Shown: piece by piece, positions 23,807 through 36,535 of the stretch
Numbering within the stretch: the first letter of the stretch is position 1
How the letters are laid out: each line of letters starts with the position of its first letter
Assembly: GCA_030390025.1 (NCBI GenBank)
Contig: CM059432.1
Coordinates: 21,640,001 to 21,704,000, forward strand
Source: Squalus acanthias
Lineage: Eukaryota
Length of the DNA: 64,000 bases
Direction: 5' to 3'
Program-made: the position numbers and the translations under genes
Notes under the pieces: model-generated
What the model was told of the DNA's origin: nothing
Databases searched by the model: none
The model's input: the letters and a program-made list of their open reading frames with translations, nothing else

Positions 23807-23970
23807 CTTTGCAACCCTGGTCAGGTTGTTAAATTTCTTCCTGCACTGCAGCCAGGTCCTCGAAACAATGCTGCTGGTGTTGACCTACTCAGCCACTTCT
23901 CTCCATTACTGCTGGCTAATTAAACAAGGCGCCCAGCAGCTGGAAAGAAGAACTCCTTCCTGTTGCTCAC
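23807..23970 (-). pseudogene. Myb/SANT exon remnant of a third Harbinger element
   Basis: WREVAE*VNTSSIVSRTWLQCRKKFNNLTRVAK then AAG|GTAGG. Convergent with the transposase remnant. Confidence 0.75.
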
Positions 23971-24324
23971 ATGGGAGGTGTTCAAGGAGGAGACAATGAG
24001 GGTTCAGAGCAAATATGTTCCCACAAAAAAAAGAGTGGGACTCGCAAATCTAGAGCCCCCTGGGTGTCAAGGGGCTACAGGGTAAGTTAATGCAAAAAAG
24101 GGAAGTTTATGTCAGATACCGAGAGCTAAATACTGCAGAAAGCCTAGAGAAGTATAGAAAGTGCAGGGATGAAATTAAAAAGGAAATTAGGAAAGCAAAG
24201 AAAAAATATGACAAGTAACATCAATGAAAACCCAAAGATGTTTTATAAATACATAAAGAGCAAGAGGATAACTAAAGAAAGATCAGGGCTGATTGGAGAC
24301 GAAAAGTTAACCTGTGTGTGAAGG

Positions 24325-24756
24325 TTTTGATTGGCACCCCATCCACCACCTTAAACATTCACTCCCTCCACCACCGGCGCACCGTGGCTGCAGTGTGTAC
24401 CATCTACAAGATACACTGCAGCAACTCACCAAGGCTTCTTCAGTAGCACCTCCCAAACCCGCGACCTCTTCCACCTAGAAGGACAAGGGCAGCAGGCGCA
24501 TGGGAACATCACCACCTCCAAGTTCCACTCCAAGTCACACACCATCCTGACTTAGAAGTATATTGCCGATCCTTCATCATCGCTGGTTCAAATTCCTGGA
24601 ACTCCCTACCTAACAGCACTGTGGGAGTACCTTCACCACATGGACTGCAGCGGTTCAAGAAGGTGGCTCACCACCACCTTCTCAAGGGCAATTAGAGATG
24701 GGCAATAAATGCTGGCCTTGCCAGTGACACCCACATCCCATAAACAAATTTAAAAA
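24325..24756 (+). mobile_element. 3' part of the second CR1-group LINE family
   Basis: IGTPSTTLNIHSLHHRRTVAAVCTIYK...WNSLP, tail and A-run. Homologous to 50885-51872 and 61255-61930. Confidence 0.85.
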
Positions 24757-25531
24757 AAGGCAGAAGATGTGGGTATGGTTCTTAATGAATACTTTGCGTC
24801 TGTCTTCACAAAAGAGAGGGATGATGCAGACATTGTAGTTAAGGAGGAAGAGTGTGAAATATTAGATGAGATAAACATTTGAGAGAGGATATATTAAGGG
24901 GTTTAGCATCTTTGAAAGCAGATAAGTCTCCAGGCCCAGATGAAATGTATCCCAGGCTGGTAAGAGAAGCAAGGGAGGAAATAGTGGAGTCTCTGACCAT
25001 CATTTTCCAATCCACTCTGGCTACAGGTATGGTGCCAGTGGAGTGGAGGACTGCTAACCTTGTACCATTGTTTAAAAAGGGAAAAAGGGATAGACCGAGT
25101 AATTACAGGCCAGTCAGCCTAACCTCGGTGGTGGGCAAATTATTGGAAAAAAAATTTGAGGGACAGTATTAATCATCATTTAGAAAGGCACAGGTTAATC
25201 AAGAACAGTCAGCATGGATTTGTTAAGGGAATGACATGTCTGACTAACTTGATTAAATTTTTTGAGGAGTTAACGAGGAGGGTCGATGAGTCTAGTGCAT
25301 TTGATGTAGTCTACATGGATTTTAGCAAGGCTTTTGACAAGGTCTGGTCAGAAAAGTAAAAGCCCATGGGATCCAAGGGAAAGTGGCAAGTTGGATCCAA
25401 AATTGGCTCAGTGGCCAGAAGCAAAGGATAATGGTTGACAGGTGTTTCTGTGACTGGATAGCTGTTTCTAGTGGGGTTCTGCAGGGCCTAGTACTAGCCC
25501 CTTGCTTTTTGTGGTATATATCAATGATTTA

Positions 25532-26226
25532 GGGGGAAAAATTCAGTGGCACCCCCTTTGAGGCGCTAAGTTCGCCAGGGCGCTAAAAGTAGCGTCCTGA
25601 AAAAGTTAGCGCCCCTATGCCGTAAATTCAGTGGTAGCGCCCCAAGCAGGACGTGGAACGCTATTGGAAGTGCTCCCACTCCATCCTGGGGCGCTACAAG
25701 TGAATATCGCAGCGCTATGTGCAACAGCGCAACGCGCGTCGGCACGTAGCGCCACAGTTTTGCAGGCCTCCCTCCCCTGATTAAAGGTGCTGGGGTGCCG
25801 GGAAAGCAGCCCGGCGCTCAAGAGGAGTGCTGGGCTGAGCGATCACGGCCAGCACCCCGAATGAAAAAGGGGAAGGGGGCGCGTGCTGGCAGGCAGACAA
25901 AAAAAATATCCGCCCAACACCTGCCCTTTAGCTTACGCCACTGCGGCTGCAAAAACCCCACCCTGACCCTGTCGGACATATCGTCCGGCGGTAGGTCAGG
26001 GGGCGCAACCGAAGTTTTGCGGCTGGGGCGCTGCGCACGGCGATGATGTCATCATCGGAGGCACAGCGCCGCGGGGTGCTATTGGCTACCGCCGCCCCTA
26101 ACCTCCTGCTGAATTTTGCGGGAGGCGTTAGCGGTGCCGCGCCCAGGCACGAGGGGCTTTGCGCCCCCCATTAGCACCCCCCCGGGGCTGCAAACGGGAG
26201 GTGCGAAGCAACCCAATTTTCCCCCT
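25532..26226. mobile_element. GC-rich PIF/Harbinger-type MITE
   Basis: TSD TTA inside the CR1 'YINDLD' codons. TIR GGGGGAAAAATT / AATTTTCCCCCT. Confidence 0.9.
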
Positions 26227-26436
26227 TTAGACTTCAATGTAGGAGTCATGATTAAGAAGTTTGCAGATGATACAAAAATTGGCTGTGTGGTTGATAGTGA
26301 GGAAAAAAGGGGTAGACTGCAGGAAGATATCAATGGACTGGTCAGGTGGGCAGAAAAGTGGCAAATGGAATTCAATCCGGAGAAGTGTGAGATAATGCAT
26401 TTGAGGAGGGCTAACAAGGTAAGCGAATACACAATA

Positions 26437-26884
26437 AATCTTCTTCTTCTTAGGCAGTCTCTCGGAACCGAGGATGACTTGCTTCCACATTAAAATAGAG
26501 TTCTCAGGTGACTGATGAATCCAATGCGGGACCTACAGTCTCTGTCACAGGTGGGGCAGACGGTGGTTGAAGGGGCGGGTGGGTGGGGTGCTTGGGTTGA
26601 TGTGCGCTCCTTGCGCTGCCTGCGCTTGGCTTCTGCTTGCTCCCGGCGAAGAGACTCGAGGTGTTCGACGCCTTCCCAGATGCTTCTCCTCCACTTTGTG
26701 CGGTCTTGGGCCAGGGATTCCCAGGTGTCGGTGGGGATGTTACACTTTTTCAAGGAGGCTTTGAGGGTGTCCTTGAAGCGTTTCCTCTGCCCACCTGGGG
26801 CTCTCTTGCCGTGTCGGAGCTCCGAGTAGAGCGTTTGTTTTGGGAGTCTCGTATCAGGCATGCGGACGATGCGACCCTGTCCAT
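26437..26884 (-). mobile_element. RTE-clade LINE 3' end
   Basis: MPDTRLPKQTLYSEL..GGQRKRFKDTLK, C-terminal CxxC...SH zinc-finger-like motif and (GAA)n tail. Confidence 0.9.
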
Positions 26885-27442
26885 TAGATAGTGAGAAGTG
26901 TAGAGGAACAAAGGGACCTTGGAGTGCATGTCCACAGATCCCTGAAGGTAGCAGGACAGGTTGATAAGGTGGTTAAGAAGGCATATGGGATATTTTCCTT
27001 TATTAGCCGAGGCATAGAATATGCAGGGAGGCTATGCATGAATAAAACACTAGTTAGGCCACAGATAGAGGATTACGTACAGTTCTGTCACCACATTACA
27101 GGAACAATGTGATTGCACTAGAGAGGGTTTAGAGGAGATTTACCAGGACTGGAGAATTTTAGCTATGCAGAAAGATTGCATAGGCTGGGGTTGTTTTCTT
27201 TGGAACAGAGGAGGCTGAGGGGAGATTTAATTGTGGGGCCTCGATAGTGGGGCCTCGATAGTGTGGATAGGAAGGATCTATTTCCCTTAGCAGAGAGATT
27301 AATAACCAGGGGCCATAGATTTAAAGTAATTGGTAGAAGGATTAGAGGGTTGTTGAGGAGAACTTATTTTCACTCAGAGGGTGATGGGGTCTGGAACTCA
27401 CTGCCTGAAAGGCTGGTAGAGGCAGAACCCGTCAGCACATTT

Positions 27443-27988
27443 TTAAATTTTATTTATTCATTCATGGGATGTGGGCATTTATTGCCCATCCCTAATTTCC
27501 CTTGAGAAGGTGGTGGTGAGCCGCCTACTTGAACCGCTGCAGTCCATCATAGCAGTTTTTTCTGATATGACAGAGTGACTTGGTAGTGGCCAGTTCAGAG
27601 GTAACCACATTTCTGTGGGTCTGGAGTCACATATAGGCTAGACCGAGTAAGGACGGCAGGTTTCCTTCCCTAAAGGACATTAGTTTCATGGTCACCATTA
27701 CTGATACTAGCTTTTTATTCCAGATTTATTCAATTAACTGAATTTAAATTCCCCAACTACCATGGAGGGATGGATGTGAACTCACATCTCTGGATTATTA
27801 GTCCAGATGCGGAGATGCCGGTGTTGGACTGGGGTGGACAAAATTGAGAGGTCGCACAACACCAGGTTATAGTCCAACAGTTTTATTTTAAAACTGTTGG
27901 ACTATAACCTGGTGTTGTGCGACCTCTCAATTTTATTAGTCCAGGCCTCTGGATTACTAGTTCAGTAACATAACCACTATGCTACCGT
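27443..27988 (-). mobile_element. tRNA-derived SINE sharing its tail with the second LINE family
   Basis: Head GTAGCATAGTGG, core TAATGTCCTTTAGGGAAGGAAACCTGCCGTCC, tail GGGATGGGCAATAAATG, ACATTT on both flanks. Second copy at ~39825-40195. Confidence 0.8.
27806..27934 (-). mobile_element. Penelope-like (family A) end with an inverted terminal repeat
   Basis: GATGCGGAGATGCCGGTGTTGGACTGGGGTGGAC tail shared with 42020 and 54873. 46-bp perfect inverted repeat. TSD ATTAGTCCA. Confidence 0.78.
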
Positions 27989-30111
27989 ACATTTAAAAAG
28001 TACTTGGATATGCACTTGAAGTGCTGTAGCCTACAAGGCTACGGACCAAGAGCTGGAAGTGGAATTAGGCTGGATAGCTCTTTTTCGGCTGGCACAGATA
28101 CAATGGGCCGAATGGCCTCCTTCTGTGCCATAAATTTCTATGATGCCCCTTTAATGTAAAGAAATGTCCCAAGGCATTTCACAATGAAAAAAAGGCAGGG
28201 GGTCCACAATTTAGAAGGGGTGACAATTGCCTGGTGGAAGAGATGAGTTTTGAGAAGGCAATGTGCATCAGAGACTATGTTCCAGAGAGTGGGGCCAACG
28301 TGACTGAATGTTCTTCCACCATTGTGGGATGAAGGGAAAGGGGAGGTGCACAAAAAGCCAGTGTGTGAAGACTTCTGAAGTTTTGTGAGGGTGGTCCAGT
28401 AGCTTAGATAGCTAAGTGCTTGACACTCAACCAGAAGTCTGTGAGCTGCCTGCCTGGCATTTGAACTCAATTGCTTTGCTTGAATGAATTTGATCAGCTT
28501 GACCAGACTATGTGTAAGGACAGCACAACCCAGGCTAGTGTTAAAATCATGGAAGATCGGTTATTCATTTAAACTGTGTAGATAAGCTTTAAAACACAAT
28601 GGGTTGAGGCTTGATTTACCGTAAAGCTAAAGCTAAGATAAAGATTTAAAAAATGTATTAAACCCTACAAAATAGCTGGTGGCTATTAGCTATTTTGTAG
28701 TGATTAAGTGATGTAAAGTGGTCAGAGGAATTGAAGAATGTCACCAAGAGCTATTGGAAGATTAATGAGTCAGGTACCTCCCATTTCTTAATCAAATAAC
28801 CAATTGAAATCTCATGTTATATGCAATTAAATGTCAAGATTAAAATCTCTTTCTCCTTTTTTTTGTCTTGTATGTTACATACCACACCTCCCTTGAGGTT
28901 AGTTTCCTTTAGGTTATCCTGAGTAAGCATATGCAAGGGATATACTTGTTCAAAGCCAAGTATAAAAACATTTTTAATTGAAGAAAATATTCATTTAACT
29001 TAGACCAAAGGCAATTTAAGATGCGTCGTCATTGCTTCAGGTCTATAGAAGAGAAGACATCTGTTGATGTAATAGTTAATTTATTATTAAAGGAGTATAT
29101 ATACGGATATTATCTGATCGTAGGGACGCAAGGCAGTCACTTCAGTTTTGCCGCTCAGAAGATTGGAGAAACACATAGTTTTACTTGCGAGATTATGGTA
29201 TCCATTTCATATAACATAGCGTTATCATTGTTACTAACATTATCAATGTGCTTCATTGGCTGTAAAGCGTTTTGGGATGTCCTGAGGTCGTGAAAGGTGC
29301 TACATAAATGCAAGTTCTTTCTTTGCAGCCCACATCCTACTATTGCAATACTAGATATTGGACAATGCAGGTAAATTCCTGATTGTAAGGGATGTGGGAT
29401 CTTTTTATGGGATAGAGCCTGTCGCTGAACCTGAAAGAAAATCTAGAGTAAGCCAATAGTTTGTAACAGGAGGCATTAACCAGTTTATATTTAAAAGGGT
29501 TAATGGCTACACTGAAATAGCAGTAGAACATTCCATGAACATATTTAATGCTTATCCGTTAATATTGCCAACAATAATTTCTAGGCTACAGCTAACAATG
29601 CAAGGGTTAAATCAGGCTTAATTTATCAAGAATTAATAGCACTCCTAAAATGTTTGAGGGCTCTCCTCTTTAAGACTGCGATGTTCGAGTTTCAATCCAA
29701 GATAATAAAATCGGCTACAGAGAAGGGATTTTGACAGATTTCCTTTTTATCACCAGTCCCAGATTTACTGCATTTTAATTTATAATTATAACATTGTTAT
29801 AGTAGACTGAATGATGGAAAAACTTGGAATAATATACCAGTCGGTATATTTTAAATTGCCTTAATTGATCTCCATAGCGCAAATTAAAATGCTGATAAAA
29901 TGCTGAGATATACAGGCAGATCAGTGGGATATAAGTTTATTGAAGGTATGTTGAGACTGTACATTATAGTAATCAGACCTCACTTAGAGTACTGTGAAAT
30001 TCTGGTCACCACTCTACAGAAATGATGGGCAATTATTGGAGAATAGGAAGGTAAGAAGAACAAGAATAATTCCAAAGTATAAGGTGGATGAGCTTTGAAG
30101 AAAACTTAATA

Positions 30112-32465
30112 CAGGAAACTCTCGTTTAAATGGCACCCAAATATCCGGTATTCTTTATTAACCGGCAAAATTCATACTCCGAAAACAACTCCTCATTTGC
30201 CGAGTCCGAGTCTCCCGCGAACGCCGAGTTAGTCAGTGATGGTAGTTCTCCAAAGTGCCACTACTCGGCTTCCTGTCGCTGTCGGAAGTCCGAACACCGC
30301 AATAACAGGAGTCTGATTCTCCCGCGCTGCCGGTAGTCTCTTCCGATCCACCATTTTTCTGTGTGTCTCTCCATCTTTATCGTGAATTATCTCCCCCATC
30401 TTGCATTATGGAATTCCCAAAAGTTGGTCCAAGCAAAAGGAAGAGAGTGGTGTTAACTTTAAAACAGAAAATCGAGATATGCCAACGACTAGAAAGGGGA
30501 GAGAAGCGTATCAACATTATGAATGAATTCAAAATCGGTTTGTCAACAATCTACGACATCAAATCGCAGAAGAATAAGCTGCTCAAGTTTTATTCAAGCT
30601 CGGAGACATCTAAGAGTGTAGAGAAACGGTGTACGCTTCGTAAGCCTAAGCTTGAAGAGCTGGATACCGTGCTTTATGAGTGGTTTTCTCTTAAGCGTTC
30701 AGAGGTGTTCCACTTTCCGGACCCATGCTAATCAAGAAAGCGAAGGATTTCTACGAAAGGATGGAGCTCACTGACAAGTGTGCTTTCTCCGAGGGATGAC
30801 TAACGTGCTTCAAGTTATGGCATGGGATACGACGACTCGATATTTCCGGGGAGAAGAAATCAGCTGATCACAACGCCGCAGAAGAATACTGCGATTATTT
30901 CAATCGGATTGTGCAGCAACATGATTTGTCGCCAGCACAGATATATAATGCCGATGAAACTGGCTTATTTTGGAGGTTTTTGCCAGAATCAACGCTTGCT
31001 GGGGCTTTTGAGGCTAATGCTTCAGGTTACAAGAAAAATAAAGATCGTGTAACCGTGCTAACATATGCGAACGCTGCTGGATCACATCGGGTTAAAGTTC
31101 TTGTTATTGGGAAGTATAAAAATCCCTGTGCATTTAAAAATGTGAGGCACTTACCTGTTGAGTACAAAGCTCAAAAAAATGCTTGGATGGATAAGGAAAT
31201 CATTTCGTATTGGTTCCATCATATTTGTTCCATCTGTGAGGGAACATTTCCGTAAAATAGGGAAACCTGAAGATAGCAAATGCATTTTATTGCTTGATAA
31301 TTGTAGAGCCCATCCGTATGAATCCGAGTTGGTTTCGGGAAATATTTTCACCATTTATTTGCCACCAAATGTAACTTCTCTCATACAACCCATGGACCAG
31401 GGCATTATCCAAAATCTGAAGTGTCATTACAAGAAAGACTTCCTACGTAAACTGATAAACCAAGATGACAGTATTCACGCATTTCAGAAGGAATACAATC
31501 TTAAAGATGCCATCTATAATGTTGCATGTTCCTGGAACTTGGTGAAAGGTCACACTCTGAGGCAAGCCTGGCGCAAATTGTGGCCTTCTGCAATGTTTGC
31601 TGAAGGTTCTTCTTCAGAGGAGGAATTTCATGGGTTCAATGTTCGTCCCAAGAAGAGCACAATAATGGAAATGGCTGGCATGGTGAAAAATGTAGGCCCA
31701 GCAAACCCTCTACGTCACCTCAGTGAAAGTGATATCGAGCAGTGGGTTGATGCAGATAGAGAAGTTGGTGTTGTGCATATGCTAAGTGATGATGAAATAA
31801 TTGAGAATGTTTTGAATCCAAAGAAAGAAAAGGAAAGTGAGATGGAAAGTGAAGAGGATGAGATTTCTGAAGAGAAGAAGATTTCTTGGGCTAAAGCTGC
31901 AGAAGGATTTTCTTCAATCCTCCAATTTGCTGAAAGGCAGACTTGCTACTCTGCCCAAGAAGTTATGCACCTCCATATTCTGCATTCCACCTTTCTACAG
32001 AAAAGGCAAGAGTCCACTAAGCAAGCAGACATCCGGGACATGTTTCAGAAAGCTTCCAAAAGAGTTGAAGCAGTGGAAGTGCCTGAAGAATCTGTTGAAG
32101 TGCATGATCCTGATGACCCAGCTGGCATCGATATTCCTGATGAACCAGCTGACTTGGAATAAGTGTACTGTCAACTACAGTACTGTATACAGTCATTTCT
32201 AAGTTTTGTTTTACTGTTAAGTAATTAAAGAGTTATGGATTACCCTCAACTGGCAGTACTGTACTTAATCAAGTATCTTCCACCATCCATTTAACACAAC
32301 ATTCTGTAGGTGAGTACCCAATTACTGTATACTGCACATTTCTTGATTTTTAAAATTTTTGTTTGTTAAAAATAGCCTCGGTAGATAACCCTCTCCATCA
32401 TCCGGAATTTTTATTCGACGGCACCACCCCGGTCCCGTCGGTGCCGGATACCAAAGAGTTTCCTG
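30112..32465 (+). mobile_element. Full-length Tigger/pogo (Tc1/mariner superfamily) DNA transposon
   Basis: TA on both flanks. ~26-bp TIR CAGGAAACTCT...GGCACC. 2354 bp long and contains the transposase. Confidence 0.95.
30408..32162 (+). pseudogene. Tigger transposase (HTH_psq/CENP-B HTH + DDE_1, DD32D) with three disablements
   Basis: [46 protein letters not shown]. Frameshifts near 30704 and 31220, TGA at 30797. Confidence 0.93.
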
Positions 32466-33649
32466 TAAAACTTATTGAAGTATATAAAATACTAATCCCC
32501 TCAGATAAGCTAAATCCAAAATATTACCTTAAAATGTGACAGAACAGAGTGACCAGAGCTCCTAAGTATGAATTAGTGAGAAGTGCAGTTGAATGAGTTA
32601 ACACAAAGAAGTTCTTCATCCAATGGTTGCTAAATGCATGGAACAATCCACTAGTCAGGGTAGTGAGGATGCAAACTTTAAAATGTCGTTAGATGCCAGA
32701 CTGGGAGAGCACCAGTACTCGAAGCAGATGCATTGAGCTTTATTTCTTGTGCATTTTTTTGAATTGTGGACCCACAAAATCTGTATATAATTAAAGGTTT
32801 TTGTATCCAGCCTGCATCGTCACATCAAACCTTTCAAAGGCTTCACACCTGAAAGCGTGGCCACATAACGACTTGAATTTATATCGTACTTTTCACATTC
32901 TCTGTCTGTCTCAAAGTACTTCACAACCAATGAATTACTTTTAAAAGTGTTGTTTGGAAGGAAAATGCAACAGGCAATTTATGCATAGTGAGGACCCACA
33001 AACAGCAATGAGATGAATGACAAATTAATCTGTTTTGGTGGTGTTGAAGTATGAATTTTGGCCACGATATTGAGAGAATGCCCTGCTTTTTGAATGGTGA
33101 GAAGCCTATATTTTTCAGTATCACTAAGATGTGCAATATTTTTACTTGTGATACACTGCTTCAGTAAATCTCCTGCAGTACAATGATGGCCCGACTGCTG
33201 TCTTGTTTAAGCTGCAGCGTGACTGCGGTAAACGTCTAAACCTACATCCTGGACTATCAGTGCACAACCCCTTGGAAGATCTTCACGTTTGCAATTAAAC
33301 ATATAATTGCAAGGGGAAGTGGTTGCTTTAGTAGACTGGCATCTATCCTCTTTACTCAGATTACTATGCGTAATAGTCATCAGCTTGTTCTGGAAATGTG
33401 CTCAACTACTCCATCAGAGTTACTGACTGTTTCTCTCTGGAAATGAAGCAATTATATTGGGCTTCAGTGAACCACCTGTAGGAAGTAATTGGTGGAACTG
33501 AGTCTGGCAGCGCATAATAAACTGTCCGTACCCTTCAGAGATTGGGTTAAATTAAACTAAATTAAACCCAGGCTGGTGGCATAAAAGTCCCCTTACTTTG
33601 CTGACTATCAGGATCCAAACTTAAATAACAAACTTGGCCTAGTTCATAT

Positions 33650-34009
33650 GGGTATAGATTTACAAATTGTTCCTAATTAAGCACTAATTGCTACTTAACA
33701 GGTAATTTCACGCAGAGAGGTGACGTGAATTGCTTGTGAGGAAAGAGGAAACTTTCCCTACCATTTCTTCAGCGGCCTCCAGCCATCCCTTTAAGGACCA
33801 CTGGTGAGGCCGCCATTGAACGAGGATAGCTCCGCCTACTATTTCACGCATTTTTCAGAAGGGTCCCAAAACAGGCGCATTTCTTTGCGTATTTAAATTG
33901 ATTTGAGGCTGATTTCAGGGATGCCCCAAACCAGCGTGGGTCAATATGGTGGCGGCCATGCCGAATTTTGCCTGAAAAATGGGATGAAATGCATCCCAAC
34001 TTCTACCCC
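33650..34009. mobile_element. Old Harbinger-type MITE
   Basis: Termini GGGTATAGATTT / AACTTCTACCCC. Internal CCCTTTAAGG.CCACTGGT shared with 37291-37863. Confidence 0.5.
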
Positions 34010-34854
34010 AAAGAGCAAACTTCACAATTCAGTGTTCCCAATGCACAGCTTTGCGTGCTGGGGGTGGATATGGCAAATTTAGACATAAAACTCAATGTGA
34101 CCGACTCACGGTCTGCATGACTATTCATCCATTAATTTTAATCTGGCATGATGATCGCCAAGACTAAATTCCTGATGCATTCTCCTGTTATACAAAACTC
34201 TCCACTGGAAGCAGTAAATCATAAAGTTTACCCCTTCATTTGCTGTCTTTGCGAATGTTGACATTGCTACTGATTGCCAAATGTGGAATTAACACATTCA
34301 TTTGAAGAGAACAAAATTTCAAACATTAATCTTCCCAAAGGAGAGGCGGGGGGGGGGGGCGGGGGGGGAGCGGGAACATTTTCTCCTCAAACTTTCATGA
34401 ACTATAAGTTTGATTTTGTTTCCTGGTGCTGACAGATGCATTCATGAATTTTAAAAGACTTAAGAATAAATTATAATATTGAAATATGATCTTTCTTCCT
34501 CTTCGGAAATTTCTGCATATGGGCAAGCAAAACATACGAGTTAGAAAATAGGGGAATTGAAATGTCCGATCAATGCTTGTTATTAAAATACATTGCCTGA
34601 TATTTAAGGGAAAATTCACCAATCCCATCTTCCCTGGTTGAAGGGGATTCAGGTTGAGAGCTATCTCTGGCTTGTGCTCTTTTGGCGCTTGTCCCTCCAC
34701 CGTGAGCTCGAGCTTAGTGAACGCAGCCATTATACAAATGTTCCTTTTGGTCATTTTCTCATGTGCTATGTGTTAAAAGTCATCAGCAACTTCAACGTGT
34801 AGCAGTCCTAACTCTGCCCAGCACAAACTAGGGATCAAACCAGGTATCCTTCTA

Positions 34855-35164
34855 ATCACAGAATCCCCACAGTGCAGATAGAGGCTATTTCGGCCCATCG
34901 AGCCTGCACCGACACATATCCCACCCTATCCCTGTAACCCCACGTACTTAATCCCCCCTAACACTAAGGGTCAATTTATCATAGCCAAATCAACCTAACC
35001 CGCACATCTTTGGACTGTGGGAGGAAACCGGAACACACCCACGCAGACACGCAGACACGGGAGAATGTGCAAACTCCACACAGACAGTCACCCGGGGCTG
35101 GATTCGAACCCGGGTCCCTGGCGCTGTGAGGCAACAGTGCTAACCACTATGCCACCGTGTTGCC
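34855..35164 (-). mobile_element. HE1-like V-SINE, single-tail form
   Basis: Same head and core as 1817 and 22680. One internal repeat unit. Tail GATGGGCCGAAATAGCCTCTATCTGCACTGTGGGGATTCTG. Confidence 0.88.
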
Positions 35165-35937
35165 CTGAAGGGCTTGATTCCCCAATGAAGTGTGTGTTTA
35201 CCAATTGAGTCAATAGGAAGAAATACGGGTCTTGGCTTTGGATAATATTGCACTTTGGGGAGCAAATTATATACTGGTTTCCAATTGTTGCATGGTAAAG
35301 AAGAACAGTTAATTCCCAGCCTTTTGTATTTGTGAAAAAGCTCTAAATTATATCTTGCTGACAGCTGCAAAAGGAAAGGTTGGGACAAGTTATGCAAAAA
35401 CATAAAAAGAACTATCTGGAGGCAAGCTTGTGTCCTTGGATGACTGGTTTCCTAATATTGGAGAGCAATCAGATATAATCAGGTAACAAATGGAGGATGA
35501 ATTGCTGGAATTCTCAACGGAGTTAGCTGAAAATAATTAATTTGATCTTGGACTGCCGATGTAGATGTTACATTAGAGCAATAAAAATGGCACGAATGCA
35601 GACACACTCTGTTTGATTTTACTATCCAGACTCACTGTAGAGTTGCTGGTCACACCACATGGAATGCTAGTGTGCCATGTCCACTCATCCAACTGATTCT
35701 GGCAAAAAGATAAAAAGGAATAGCAGGTTCATGAAAGATGACCAGTTGCATGACAATTATTAAGGTGCTATAACTAATAGATCTTAGCCCAGAAATTACT
35801 GCTGTTCTTATTAATAGACAAATGCTGTGTGTCCTGATGTGATCTTCCTCTGTTCATTATTTTAGTGCAGGCAGTAACCCATTTTTTTAGAATGGCTTAA
35901 CTCCTTAAATCAAATAGTGGAGAGAGGAATGTCATGG

Positions 35938-36062
35938 AATCATAGAATCATAGAACAGTGCAGCACAGCACCGAAGAGGCCATTCGGCCCATCAAGTCTG
36001 TGCCAGCTCTTTTGAAGAGCAATCCAGTTATTCCACTCCCCCATTCTTTCTCCATATCCCTC
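35938..36062 (-). mobile_element. CR1 3' tail fragment
   Basis: (CATAGAAT)n followed by GGCCATTCGGCCCATC. Confidence 0.75.
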
Positions 36063-36535
36063 AAGAGGACAGAATTAGAGGAGCGCAAATATCTCAGACG
36101 GTTGTGGGGCAGGAGCAGATTACAGACATAGGGAGGGGCGAGACCGTAGAGGGATTTGCAAGCAAACGTGAGAATTTAAAAAAATTGAGGAGTTGCTTAA
36201 CTGGGAGCCAATGTAGGTCAGCGAGCACAGGGGTGATGCATGAACGGACTTGCTGTGAGTTAGGACACGGGCAGCCGAGTTCTGGAGGGTAGAATGTGGG
36301 AGGCCGGGCAGCAGTGCATTGGAATAGTTAACTCTAGAGATGATAAAGGCATGGATGAGGGTTACAGCAGCAGATAAGTTGAAGCAAGGACGGAGATGGG
36401 CGATATTACAAAGATGGAAATAGACGGTCTTAGTGATAGAATGGATATGAGGAAGAAAGATCAATTTGTGATCAAATATGACACCAAGGTTGCGAACAGA
36501 CTTTGTCAGCCTTAGACAGTTGCCAGGGAGAGAGA
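36062..36535 (-). mobile_element. L2-clade LINE RT C-terminal fragment
   Basis: VRNLGVIFD...YFHLCNIAHLRP...TLIHAFIISRVNYSNALL...LQNSAARVL. Confidence 0.85.

Larger units (their letters stand above)
23971..28143 (+). mobile_element. CR1 LINE 'D', host of four direct insertions
   Basis: Colinear ORF2 pieces KSPGPDEMYPR, NYRPVSLTS, YMDFSKAFDKV, KFADDTK, FISRGIEY and WNSLP, plus a 3' tail at ~28100-28143. Confidence 0.9.
29780..32720 (+). mobile_element. Old CR1 fragment split by the Tigger element
   Basis: AGACCTCACTTAGAGTACTGTG (RPHLEYC) left of the Tigger, CTTATTGAAGTATATAAAAT (LIEVYK) right of it. Confidence 0.65.

Noticed and set aside
31158..32162. 334-aa ORF as a domesticated TIGD/JRK-like host gene
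   Set aside because: It is flanked by TIRs and a TA TSD and is disrupted upstream, so it is a transposon copy.
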